A DNA stretch of 46,925 bases from a virus. Lineage: Duplodnaviria > Caudoviricetes. Both the position numbers and the translations under genes were made by a program. Location: positions 1-46,925 of IMG/VR virus record IMGVR_UViG_3300033067_001736; one strand, 5' to 3'. Below are positions 1-10,800 of the stretch, in pieces; within the stretch, counting starts at the first letter, position 1; every line of letters starts with the position of its first letter. The notes beneath the pieces are model-generated. The model was given only the letters and a program-made list of their open reading frames with translations. It did not search any database and had not been told where the DNA came from.

Positions 1-1
1 A

Positions 2-3000
2 AATTCAGAAGCTTTTGTAAATGAAGTTGTAAATTTATTTCAATCTGTTGGAATTAAATTTTATCCTGAAACAATTAAAAAGTTATTAGCAGGAGATGTT
101 TTTGTTGACAAAAACAATAAGAAAGTAATTACATCTTTTGAAGATCAGTTTAATACTAAAAATGGTAAGTTTTCTGTATTACGTAATGGTATAGCACACT
201 TATTGTCAACAGATAAAAATGTACATTATGTAAGTGGTACAGCTTCTCCTTTTCAAATATCTCAATTTACTGCAATACTAAAAGGATTATCTAAAGTACA
301 AACAGTATATTCCCCTATTAAACCTGTATCTTCTATAAGAAGTAATGGTAAAACTTATACTGGGTTTCCACCTAAGACTATGTTATCTGAATTATTTTCT
401 GATCTTCAGAGAAATGATTTTTCAGTTATTGACAATAGTGTTTATCAGGCAGGTTCATTATTAAGACAATGGATGGAGAATGAGACTTTTAAATCTCATA
501 TATCAGTAGAACCAATGTCTAATGATTCTTTAAGAAGGCAAGGTCAAAAGTCTTCAAAAGAAAGTGATATTGCATCTTCTTCTGATACAGACTATTGGAA
601 TACAGTATTTGGTTTATTTTTCTCAATGACTGATTCTAAGTTAAATCAGAAATTTGGTAATACTTCAATAAGATACAGAGTAGCTTCTTTCTTGTTTCCT
701 GCATTATCAGATAAGAGTACATTTATTTCTATGAGATCTCCGGCATTTGATCTTAACTTTTCAGATGTAAAGTTATTTGATTTTACAGATGGTAAATTTA
801 CTTTTATACATTCTGATCTTATAAATTTAGTATATGACCAATTGGTAGTACCTGAATTAGCAAGGATTAAGAATCATCACCAACAAGCACTACTTGAAGG
901 TGTATCACCAAATCATCTTGAAAACATACAACACTATAATTCTTTTGCTCAACTATTTAATTCTATACCTGAATTAAATAAAATAGGTAATGAGAATGGG
1001 TTGTTCATTCATCAAATTGCTCAATCTATGAAAGCAGGTAAATCAATAGCAAACATACTTATTGATTTTAAAGCTGCTTCTGTACAAGTACTTGAGAAAC
1101 TAATAAGTCAGGAAGTTAATGATCTATTGGAAGTAAGAGATAATAATCAGATAAAGATTAATGATGCTTATAATGGTGATAAAAACAAAAGAGAAACTTC
1201 TTTTGAAAATGCAATGGTAGATTTTGTTATCAATAACATGATTGCAAAAGCAAATATTGATATGACTTTTGTTGGTGATCCTGCTTTATTTGGTGTCAAA
1301 TTAAATAATGCTGATTTTCAAATTGATGAAAAAACAGGACTACCTGTTTATACTCTTCCTATTGATAATAAAATAGAAGTGTATGATAATGTTATGACTA
1401 AGCAGAATGTAAATATTGCAAAAAGACTTGCTCAATTAATTGCACCGGGTAATGAATTAGCAAATAGTAAAGGTAAAAAATACATTCAGGTATTTGTTGA
1501 AGATTTAGAATTGTCTGTTGAAAACATTGAATTTCTAATTGAAAGTTTTAATGGTAAGTTAGATATTGAAGCCTATGAAAAAGTAAAAGATGAAGATAAA
1601 CTTAAATACTTAGCAACTACTCATCCTTATATTGCAGATTATCTAAATATTGAAAGTACTGATGGTCAAGAATATATAACTATTCATGAAGCACTAAAAA
1701 ATATTTTTGGTCAAGGTAAACTTGAACAAGAAGAGTTTGATAGATTAATTGGAATTGCAAACAGTAGTAATCCTGTTTTTTCTCAAGAAGAGAAACAACT
1801 TATTATTAATACTTTTAAACCTGTTGCTGCCGGCTTTGTTAAATCTCAAAGGGGTGTAAACAGAAATATGTATGTTAAAAGTTCTGCTCTTGTATTATTT
1901 CCTGAAGTAACAAAAGGTCGTCAAATAAATGAGCTTAGATTACAAATGGAAAGAGCAGAAAAAGAAACTGGTCATAGTGTAAGAGTAGCTTATAAAACTG
2001 CTGTTAAAGTTGGTTTACCAACTCAATCTTTATCTATTTTTGATTCTGAAGGAAATATTTCTTCAGATTTAGCTACCAAGTTTGATACCATAATAAAAGA
2101 AGTAACTGATGTAAAGTCATTAACTAATTCAGAAAATATTAGTTCTGTAAAAAATGGTTCATGGGTAATGATGGAAGGTGGAAACTTTAGAATACAACAA
2201 GCTACACCTACAAAGAATAAAACAGAAATTAAATATCTTACTCAATTATTGAAATTGATGTTTGGTGATGGAGTAGTAGATATTACTGAAGATATGTTTA
2301 AAGGTATGAATGGTCAACAATTGCATGACTATCACCAACAAATTATGTTTGATTATATAGATTCTCAAAAACGTAATCTATATAACACATTGTCTTTGGG
2401 TAAAAATGGAGAATCAAGAGACCCATTAAAGACCATTAATAAGTTAAAAGAATTACTTCAAGATGAAGCTGATACAAGTTCATTTAATAATTCCGATTTA
2501 AAAGCTTTAGATATCGAATATAATCCGGTAACAAAGACTTTTGATTTTAATATGCCACTATGGATGCAATCCAATAGTACAAGATATGAAAAATTATTGA
2601 TGTCAATAATCAATAATAGATTAAATAAACTTACTTTACCGGGTCATGCTTTTATTGCTGCTTCCAATGCAGGCTTTAAAAACGTAAATGATTTAACTGC
2701 TGAACAAGAATCTACTATTATATGGGTAGATCCTACTAAAATGCAAGGACTAAATGATCCTGCTAAGAGTAAAGTATTGATACCAAGTAAAATGCGTATT
2801 GATGGTAAACTTGTTGATCTTATGCAAAAAGATGAAAATGGTAAGTTTATTTATATTACTGAAAACAGAGAATTAGAAGATGGTAGTATTGTAGCAGGTT
2901 ATTCAATAAATAAAGAAATGTTTGATGAAGATTTGTTTACAATTACTTCAACTCGTATTCCTACTTCAGGTCACATGTCTTCAGGTGTTGTACAGATTGC

Positions 3001-6000
3001 AGGATTTCTTCCTAATGTATCTGATGTAATGTATGTCCCTTCTCATTTGATTCCTCAAAAAGGTCTTGATTTTGACGTAGATAAAGAATATACGTTATTG
3101 TCTCACTTAGTAATAGATAACGATGGTAAAATAAGAAAAATCTCTTATGACTTCATTAGTTCTTTAGAAAAAGAGAATCAACAATACAGAGAACAAGTAA
3201 AAGCTAATTTAGAGGCTTCTAATGCTATTAAAGCTTATAATGAGTCTTTGTATGAGAAAGCTAAAAATGAAGAGAATAAGACTAAGGCAAGAGCTTTATA
3301 CAATGAACTTAAAGTTAATGCAAGTGAAAGAAAGGAAAGGCTTAATGATGTTGCATTAATTAGAGAAAGAATAAACAATAACCTTTCTATTATAAAAGAG
3401 TATGGTCAAAAAGCAAGAGAAAATGAACTTGTAAATATTTATACTGCTGTTCTTGGACACTCTTCAATGAGATCAAGAGTAGCACAAACTGTAAATACTT
3501 CTCTTGCTAAAGCAAGTTCAGAAGCTATTAATGGTAATGTAAAAAATAAAAAACTTATTTCTTCATTATTATCTACTTATCAAAGAAGTATTGCAGGTGC
3601 AGGTAATATTGGTAAAGTAGCCATTGGTACATATAGTAATTTCATGGTTACATTATCTTTAATGCAACAAAATCCTCAAGAATTTTCTTTAGGTGAAGAT
3701 ATTGTTTTTGGATATTTAGTAAATGAAAATGGTAAATTAGCACCATTAACTTCTCTTCAAGAAAATAAACCCGGTAAAAAGAATGAAAAAAGAAGATTGT
3801 CAGTAATAGGTATGGAAAAACAAAATACTGCTACAGATAATCAAAAGCTTAAAATTCTTGATAGTGTTGGTATAAATGAGTTTACTATTGGTGTAGATGC
3901 AATGATGTATGCTTTGGGTATTGATACTGTACATGTGGATTCTATTAATCAAGACTTAATGGCATCTCACTTGTTACTTTCTCAACCAATTATCAAAGAG
4001 TATTCTGATAAGATGAGAAATTCAGGAGCAGTATCTACTGCTTATGATCCTGATCTTTCTAATAAAATATTAGAAGAACTACAAGAAAAATATGGATTTG
4101 TACTTTTTGATACAGATCCTAAATTACTAACAGGTCAAAACCTTTTTAATAATTTAAATTCTGATTCTTTATCAAATCCTAATCTTAATGCTGCTGTTCT
4201 AAGTTTCTTTTTGAAAATGAATATTGAATCAGCTAAGATGAATAGTTTTATTGGAATACTAAATGTTCAGTCTAAAGGGGCAGGTACTACTTATTTAGAA
4301 TTACAAGATAAAACCGAAGCATTTTTAGAGTTATCTGAAGATTATGAAAAAGGAGCATATATTTCTTTACTTGGTGATTTTAAACATGAAAGTGATGAAG
4401 ACTTTGAAAATAAAGAAGGTTATGTATTAGTAGAGAATTCAAATGGAATGATGTTCTTACCTACTACAATACAAGGTAAACTACTTATTGAAAGTTTAAA
4501 TTCTGCAAATAAATTGTGGAGTCAATTCTACCCTTTTAAAAATGAAACATTTAAGAGAGTAATGAGACAGACTTTGAATACTATGCCAAAAACAAGTGGT
4601 AAAAAACAAAGACTTCAGAACAAAACTTTTGTATTGAATGAAATGATCAAATACTTTTATGGTTCTCAAGAACTTGGTTTTGAAATTAATAACCAAGAAA
4701 GATTGGAATTACTTGTTGAAAAAGAAGGTAATCAATCTTTAGCCGGGTATTTAAAAACTCAAATGGATAAGTATCCTGCTTTTGCGTCTAACAGGTTTAT
4801 TTCAATTTTAGAACCAATAGTAAATAACTCAAGTAAATATTCATTGGTCCATACTAATAATATAAATGATTTAACTCCATTAGAAGAAGATGCTATTACA
4901 AATGGTATTTATGCTTTATTGAATAGTCCTATCAAATTAGATAATAGAAATGGTAAACCTTATAATACAAATAATTTAGTAGCAGATTTGATCAAGTATA
5001 ACTATTTATTTAATGGTAATAAATATTCTCCTACAGGATTTTCTAAGTATATACCTTTAAATATTGCAAAGGCAATTGGTATTACTGAAGAAACAAGAAA
5101 ATTTAATGCTGCATTAAAAGTTGATGATTTAGATACTTTAAACAAAATATTTGATTTTGATGCTAATGGGGTAACTTCTTTTACAAGGCAATTTGCACAA
5201 AACAATCCTGATAAAGTAAAAGGTGTTTCTCAAAGAGGAATAGCTTCTGCTACAACTACTACACAAATAATAAACGGTGTTTCAATGATAATACCGGAAT
5301 CATTTACTGTTGCTGAAACAGATTCTTTTGCTTACTTTCTTAGTATCAAATTAACTGAAACCCCTGTTAATGGTAAGCCTTATGCCCTTTATGAGTATAA
5401 TTTTGCAACTCGTCAATATGAAAGAATTAGGGTAAAAGGTCAACAAACTATTAGTGCTTATTCAGCAGATAATATTGTGAAGATTCCATCAAAGAATCCT
5501 GTACCACAAACAAGTGTAAAGTTTACAAATTTGGAAACTGCACTTAGTACTATTGCAAATGGTAAACTTGTACCTGATTTCTATAAGGAATTAGCAACAC
5601 AACTACTTCCATTTATTGATCCTAAAACTTCAATTACATATACTACTTTTGAAAATAAAAATAACAATGGAAAGTACCTTCCATCTTCTAATGAAATACA
5701 GATTGCTGATCATTTATCTTCTTCTCAATTTAGAGATGAACATGCAGTAACTATTCTTAAAGAGTATGCTCACTCTATTACAGCAAGAGTAATAAATAAA
5801 TATTTTGTTAGTAATACATTATCTTCAGGTGTAATAACATATACTTTAAAAGATCTTGATAATGTCTCAATGACACCTCAAGAAATTAAAGAATATAACA
5901 TTATGAAAAGATTAAATGCTCTTCATAATGAAGCTAAAAAAGCACTTGATCCTTCAGGAGAATTTCTTAAAAACTTTGAAGATACAAATACATTAAATAG

Positions 6001-7813
6001 TATAAAAGATCAAACTATTAACTATGGTATAGTAAATATTCATGAGTTTGTAGAAATGATGCTTACTTCATCTGATTTTCAAAATGCACTAAATGAAATT
6101 CCATTTAAGAATACAGAAGATAGTATCCTTTCTAAGTTTTGGAAGTTGATTAGTGATTTGTTAAATGTATCTATACCGGGACTGAAATTAAATCCTGAAA
6201 GTATTACTGCTCAATCATTAGTAAATATCTATGATTTGTTACATAAAGCTGAAATTGCTGCTGCAAATTCAACTACTGAAGAACTTTCGCATTCTGATAT
6301 AGCTACAGGTTCAGGTAGAAAATGGGATGGTGTTGGTAAAGATTTTTCAGAAAAAGTAAGGTTTGATATTACTGGTGTTGCGCCAAATAATAAAGATCCT
6401 AAAAAAGCTGCTATTGCTACAGATATAATTGAGTTTGGTAGAGATACAACCAATAGAAAATCAAGTACTAAAAAATATGGGGAAGCTGCTATTGCACAAG
6501 GAATACCTCGTAATTCAGGTAAATATAACAATAGTACTGTGGCATTTACTTCAACAAGTGGTAATAATGTAGCTACTGAAGAAGATATAAACAATACAGT
6601 TAATGAGATATTAAAAGTATTAATGGCAGGTGGTAGTATCATAATGGATAATAAAGAAAATAGAAATTCTAAATGGAATAAATCAGGAGAAGGTAAAGTT
6701 TGGGAATTACTTATGGAAAAAATTGGTGGTATAGATAAATTACAAAATATATCTAAGGATAAAGATTTTGTACAAGTTAAATTAAAAGATGCACCGACTG
6801 TAGAATTTGTATCTGAAATACAAAAAAGAATAGATGCTGCTAAATCAAGTGTATCTGTTAAAACTAATACTTCTACTAAAGAAGATGCTAAACCGATAAC
6901 AGAACTTGAGATGGCTGCTATTGTTACTAAAGGACAAGACATTGAACTTATTCCTGTAGATAGTGATAAGAAAGGTTATCAGAATATAAAGAATCCTGAA
7001 ATCACTTATGAAAGGCAAAGTGATTATGTAAAAAGAGTAAATGATGAGGATGCTATTGAACAAAATGATGATTTAAGAGCTGCACAAATACGTGGTAACT
7101 TTGTTGATTTATTGGCAAGAGATATATTTAATGATGAGATTGGAGATGTTCAAACTTATATTGATGAAGTTAATGAAAGAAGTAAAGCTGATGGTTCTAA
7201 TTTTACACTTACTCTTGAAGATGAAGTGTTTGAAGAGTTAATTGATCAGATTGTAAGTGTAAAAAATGAATTGGAAAATAAAGGGTTTACTTTTTATTCA
7301 CAAGATATTGTAGTATTTAAAAACTTTAAAGAAGAAACTAATGGTCATAAAGGTTTAGCCGGAGTATTAGATCTTTTGGTTAAAGGACCTGATAATAGAC
7401 TTCACATTATAGATTTTAAAACTAAAACTCTTACTGCTAAGAACTTGAATAATACTGAAGTTGCTGTATTTGATATGAAAATGTTTGGTGATAAAATTGC
7501 TTTACCTTTAGTAGATAAATGGGGAAATCAACAAACTGTTTATTCTGAACTAATTGATGCTGATATTCAATCTATTAATGTACTTGCAATAACTGTAATA
7601 CAAGAATTACAAGGTACAAATGTACATGTAATAGGAACAGAATTCATTACAGATTCTATCGCAATAAAAGAAGATTATGCTTCTCCTATGTCTGATAAAA
7701 TTATTCAGTTAAAAATAAATGAAACTCTAAGAGATAAAGTAAGAAATGATATTGCAAATGATAGTTTAAATTCCTTATCTTTGTCCTCTGATGAATTACC
7801 TAATTGTATTTAA
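2..7813 (+). CDS. Giant virion-packaged RNA polymerase polyprotein (crAss-like, phi14:2 gp66 type), 5'-truncated; C-terminal zincin-like and PD-(D/E)xK domains
   Basis: Frame is open from position 2 (NSEAFVNEVV...), so the 203 start is artefactual. Motifs STDGQEYIT, RIPTSGHMS and catalytic GLDFDVDK (DxDxD). Zincin-like ILKEYAH...IHEFVEM. C-terminal GVLDLLV...IIDFKTK. Confidence 0.9.
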   Translation, partial: NSEAFVNEVVNLFQSVGIKFYPETIKKLLAGDVFVDKNNKKVITSFEDQFNTKNGKFSVLRNGIAHLLSTDKNVHYVSGTASPFQISQFTAILKGLSKVQTVYSPIKPVSSIRSNGKTYTGFPPKTMLSELFSDLQRNDFSVIDNSVYQAGSLLRQWMENETFKSHISVEPMSNDSLRRQGQKSSKESDIASSSDTDYWNTVFGLFFSMTDSKLNQKFGNTSIRYRVASFLFPALSDKSTFISMRSPAFDLNFSDVKLFDFTDGKFTFIHSDLINLVYDQLVVPELARIKNHHQQALLEGVSPNHLENIQHYNSFAQLFNSIPELNKIGNENGLFIHQIAQSMKAGKSIANILIDFKAASVQVLEKLISQEVNDLLEVRDNNQIKINDAYNGDKNKRETSFENAMVDFVINNMIAKANIDMTFVGDPALFGVKLNNADFQIDEKTGLPVYTLPIDNKIEVYDNVMTKQNVNIAKRLAQLIAPGNELANSKGKKYIQVFVEDLELSVENIEFLIESFNGKLDIEAYEKVKDEDKLKYLATTHPYIADYLNIESTDGQEYITIHEALKNIFGQGKLEQEEFDRLIGIANSSNPVFSQEEKQLIINTFKPVAAGFVKSQRGVNRNMYVKSSALVLFPEVTKGRQINELRLQMERAEKETGHSVRVAYKTAVKVGLPTQSLSIFDSEGNISSDLATKFDTIIKEVTDVKSLTNSENISSVKNGSWVMMEGGNFRIQQATPTKNKTEIKYLTQLLKLMFGDGVVDITEDMFKGMNGQQLHDYHQQIMFDYIDSQKRNLYNTLSLGKNGESRDPLKTINKLKELLQDEADTSSFNNSDLKALDIEYNPVTKTFDFNMPLWMQSNSTRYEKLLMSIINNRLNKLTLPGHAFIAASNAGFKNVNDLTAEQESTIIWVDPTKMQGLNDPAKSKVLIPSKMRIDGKLVDLMQKDENGKFIYITENRELEDGSIVAGYSINKEMFDEDLFTITSTRIPTSGHMSSGVVQIAGFLPNVSDVMYVPSHLIPQKGLDFDVDKEYTLLSHLVIDNDGKIRKISYDFISSLEKENQQYREQVKANLEASNAIKAYNESLYEKAKNEENKTKARALYNELKVNASERKERLNDVALIRERINNNLSIIKEYGQKARENELVNIYTAVLGHSSMRSRVAQTVNTSLAKASSEAINGNVKNKKLISSLLSTYQRSIAGAGNIGKVAIGTYSNFMVTLSLMQQNPQEFSLGEDIVFGYLVNENGKLAPLTSLQENKPGKKNEKRRLSVIGMEKQNTATDNQKLKILDSVGINEFTIGVDAMMYALGIDTVHVDSINQDLMASHLLLSQPIIKEYSDKMRNSGAVSTAYDPDLSNKILEELQEKYGFVLFDTDPKLLTGQNLFNNLNSDSLSNPNLNAAVLSFFLKMNIESAKMNSFIGILNVQSKGAGTTYLELQDKTEAFLELSEDYEKGAYISLLGDFKHESDEDFENKEGYVLVENSNGMMFLPTTIQGKLLIESLNSANKLWSQFYPFKNETFKRVMRQTLNTMPKTSGKKQRLQNKTFVLNEMIKYFYGSQELGFEINNQERLELLVEKEGNQSLAGYLKTQMDKYPAFASNRFISILEPIVNNSSKYSLVHTNNINDLTPLEEDAITNGIYALLNSPIKLDNRNGKPYNTNNLVADLIKYNYLFNGNKYSPTGFSKYIPLNIAKAIGITEETRKFNAALKVDDLDTLNKIFDFDANGVTSFTRQFAQNNPDKVKGVSQRGIASATTTTQIINGVSMIIPESFTVAETDSFAYFLSIKLTETPVNGKPYALYEYNFATRQYERIRVKGQQTISAYSADNIVKIPSKNPVPQTSVKFTNLETALSTIANGKLVPDFYKELATQLLPFIDPKTSITYTTFENKNNNGKYLPSSNEIQIADHLSSSQFRDEHAVTILKEYAHSITARVINKYFVSNTLSSGVITYTLKDLDNVSMTPQEIKEYNIMKRLNALHNEAKKALDPSGEFLKNFEDTNTLNSIKDQTINYGIVNIHEFVEMMLTSSDFQNALNEIPFKNTEDSILSKFWKLISDLLNVSIPGLKLNPESITAQSLVNIYDLLHKAEIAAANSTTEELSHSDIATGSGRKWDGVGKDFSEKVRFDITGVAPNNKDPKKAAIATDIIEFGRDTTNRKSSTKKYGEAAIAQGIPRNSGKYNNSTVAFTSTSGNNVATEEDINNTVNEILKVLMAGGSIIMDNKENRNSKWNKSGEGKVWELLMEKIGGIDKLQNISKDKDFVQVKLKDAPTVEFVSEIQKRIDAAKSSVSVKTNTSTKEDAKPITELEMAAIVTKGQDIELIPVDSDKKGYQNIKNPEITYERQSDYVKRVNDEDAIEQNDDLRAAQIRGNFVDLLARDIFNDEIGDVQTYIDEVNERSKADGSNFTLTLEDEVFEELIDQIVSVKNELENKGFTFYSQDIVVFKNFKEETNGHKGLAGVLDLLVKGPDNRLHIIDFKTKTLTAKNLNNTEVAVFDMKMFGDKIALPLVDKWGNQQTVYSELIDADIQSINVLAITVIQELQGTNVHVIGTEFITDSIAIKEDYASPMSDKIIQLKINETLRDKVRNDIANDSLNSLSLSSDELPNCI
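7752..7783 (+). promoter_or_regulatory. Bacteroidota primary-sigma promoter (-33 TTG, -7 TAnnTTTG)
   Basis: TTG at 7752-7754, 21-nt spacer, TATCTTTG at 7776-7783, 45 nt upstream of the ATG at 7828. Confidence 0.6.
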
Positions 7814-7827
7814 TAAAAATAAAAAAT

Positions 7828-10800
7828 ATGTCTTGTACTTTTAATAATATTGAATCTGCTTTTAGAGAATCAAATCCTGAACTTGCAGATGCTTTAACTC
7901 AAAAAACATTAAGCTTATGGAGCAATTTAAAAAACTCTAATGTGTTTGACGTTAAAAGTAATGCTTTGAATTTAACACCTCAAGATGAAGTAAGATTTGC
8001 TCAACAAGAGAATTTAATAAAACAGTTAAATGATAGGTTTGCTGATTTAGTAACTGTTATAGATAATAAGATTTCTATAAATGGATTGGCATTCAATACA
8101 TTAGAAGAACAAATGAGATATGATGATCAATTTCATAAAGAACTTAATGACGATTTAAAAAATGATTTTGATGCTGTTGCTCCACCAAGTGTAAATGAAG
8201 TATTAGGTGAAAATGCAGAACTAAATAGTTTTACTGCATCAAATATTTTATTAGGTGGTCAATCTAATGAATTAAATGACCAACTTAAATCTATGGTTTC
8301 CGAATTACAAAATGAAAGATTAAAACTTTCATTGGAAATGAAGAAAGCAACATCAGTACAGAAACAAGTATTGAGAGCAAAGATAGATAAGATAAATGAA
8401 AAAATAAGAACTTTAAAGATTCAAATTGATTCTTTTCCTATCAATATTAAAAGATCTCATTATACTCCTGCATTAGAACAAATGCTTGCACAATTAACAG
8501 AAAGAGTAGATAATTTTGATTATCAAGTTGATAATATAAGTAATCTTTTTGATAATTTAGATTTCTTAATTAAATTAAGAAACCTAGATGCAAGTAACCC
8601 TATTTATAATTTAGGAGAACTTGAAAATACAGAAATAGATAATTCTCCTTTAAATACACCGGAGTTAAAAGATGAAAGACAATATTTAAATGACAATATT
8701 GCAGATAAAGCAAACAAGCTGAAAGAAAGACTTGAAGTAAAAATGAAAGAGGCTCTTGAAGATCTTTTAAAAAATGATCCAATACTACAAGGTGTATCTC
8801 AAGAGATAAAAGCTGAAATGGAAGCTTATTGGAATAGAACTGCAACTCGTTCTGATATTGGAGATTGGGATGTTTATTATTTTTCTCCTTCAGGTTTAAA
8901 AGCAAGTAATGGTATTATACCTCAAGTTGCTTATGCAGAAGTTGCAAATAGTGATGCTCGTTATAATAGTTTAGCAGAAAGATTAAAGACAAAACTTAGA
9001 GCAGCTACAGATGCAGCAAGTTTAAAATTAATGGAATTAGGATATAAACATAAAATATTTGGAAGTTTTAAACCTAATTGGAATTTCTTCTTTGAGGTTA
9101 ATAATTTAGGTAATGAGACAGGAAATATAATTAAAAAGTTTACCCCTACTTTTTATTCTAATCTGCAAAAAATAACAAATGAGTATTATGAAGGTTCTAA
9201 ATTAGCAAGAAAATTAGCTACTCCTGCTCAAAGAAGAATCTTAGCAAATGCTAAAAATAAACTTCATTCTTTTTTAAGAAATGAATGTGTAGTAGTTGAT
9301 ATTGTAAGATTACCAATAGCAGAATCTTATATGTCAAGTGGTGAATTTGCTGATACACAACAAGGTGATCCTTTTTCAGGTGTAACTAAAGCAGATATGT
9401 TAGCTTATGAACAAGAACTAATTAGTTTATTAGGGCAAAGAGAATATAATAAATTAACACAAAGAGTAGCAAATACATTAAAGAATTATGAAGAATTAAG
9501 AAGACAAGAAATAAATAGTCAATTATCAAGTGGTCCAATGGACTCACTAAAACAAGATTTTATTAATGAATTTGAAGTTAGAAATAACCCTTTCAATTTA
9601 TTTAATGTAATAAATACTCCTTTTACTGCTGATACAGTAGAAAGAACATGGTTAAATGGTGAAATACTACCACGAAGAAATGTAGCAGTATCTACTTTAA
9701 ATGCTGCTAAAACAGGATATGACTATGCTTATTCTAATACTCCAACAAACTATTATAATGAGAGTTATGAGATTGCTGAAAGTCATCCTGCATTAGAAGA
9801 ATTACTATCTACAATGGAAGAAATTTTAGAGATAACTCATCAACTACTTCCTGATAGTCTTCAGAGAAAAAAAGATGAACATTTTCTATTAAGAGCTGAA
9901 AGAACAATAAAGGAGATTATGTTAGATCCTAATCTTCAATTACATAATAAATTCAGACCTGTTGTAACTAAAATTTGGGATAACCTTATTGACTATTTCA
10001 GAGGTGCAGAAATCAGAGATCCTGCCCCTTTAAAACTAAAGGTAAATGCAAGTTTTATTGAAACCAATAAAAATAAGATTGATCAGGAATTTAATAAGTT
10101 ATTTGCGGAGTTTATTGCTGTTGCAGATGTTAGTTCAGATTTTACAAAAACTAAAGTAAATGTAAACTCACTTAATGATGATCAATTAAGAATTATAGCA
10201 AACGCAATTAATGTTCCATTTCAATCAAGACAACAAATTATTACTGAAATAAATAATAAATTTGATGGTTCAAATTTAGACATTAAAGCTTTACTTAATC
10301 AAAAAGCTACTGATAATATAGTAAGATATAACTCTACTGATTTACCAACAGTACTAACTGCTTTGATAAATAGTACTACTTTATTTGCAGCTAAAGATGC
10401 TTCTTTGAATAACGTTTCATTATTACGTCATTTTTATAAACTCATAAAAAATCCGGGGGGATTATTAGAAAGAGAAAATGCAAATAAACAATTTGATGAT
10501 TGGGTAAAAAGAGCAGTACTAAATTATAACTCAAGAGAGAAATTTGGTAAAATGACAGACAAAGTATTAACGACAGAAGAAAAAAATATAAAGAAAAAAC
10601 TACTTAAATTAATATCAGATTTAAAAGACCAAAAAGATGTTATAAAAAGATCAAATATTAATCTTGTTCAAAAAGCAAATAATATTGCTACTATTGAGAA
10701 ACAAGTTAAATCTTTAGAGAAAGCTGTTAAGGTAATGGGTAAACCGGCATACTTTTCTCAATTCTGTTTTTATTTATTACAAGGAATTGGAAGAACAGTA

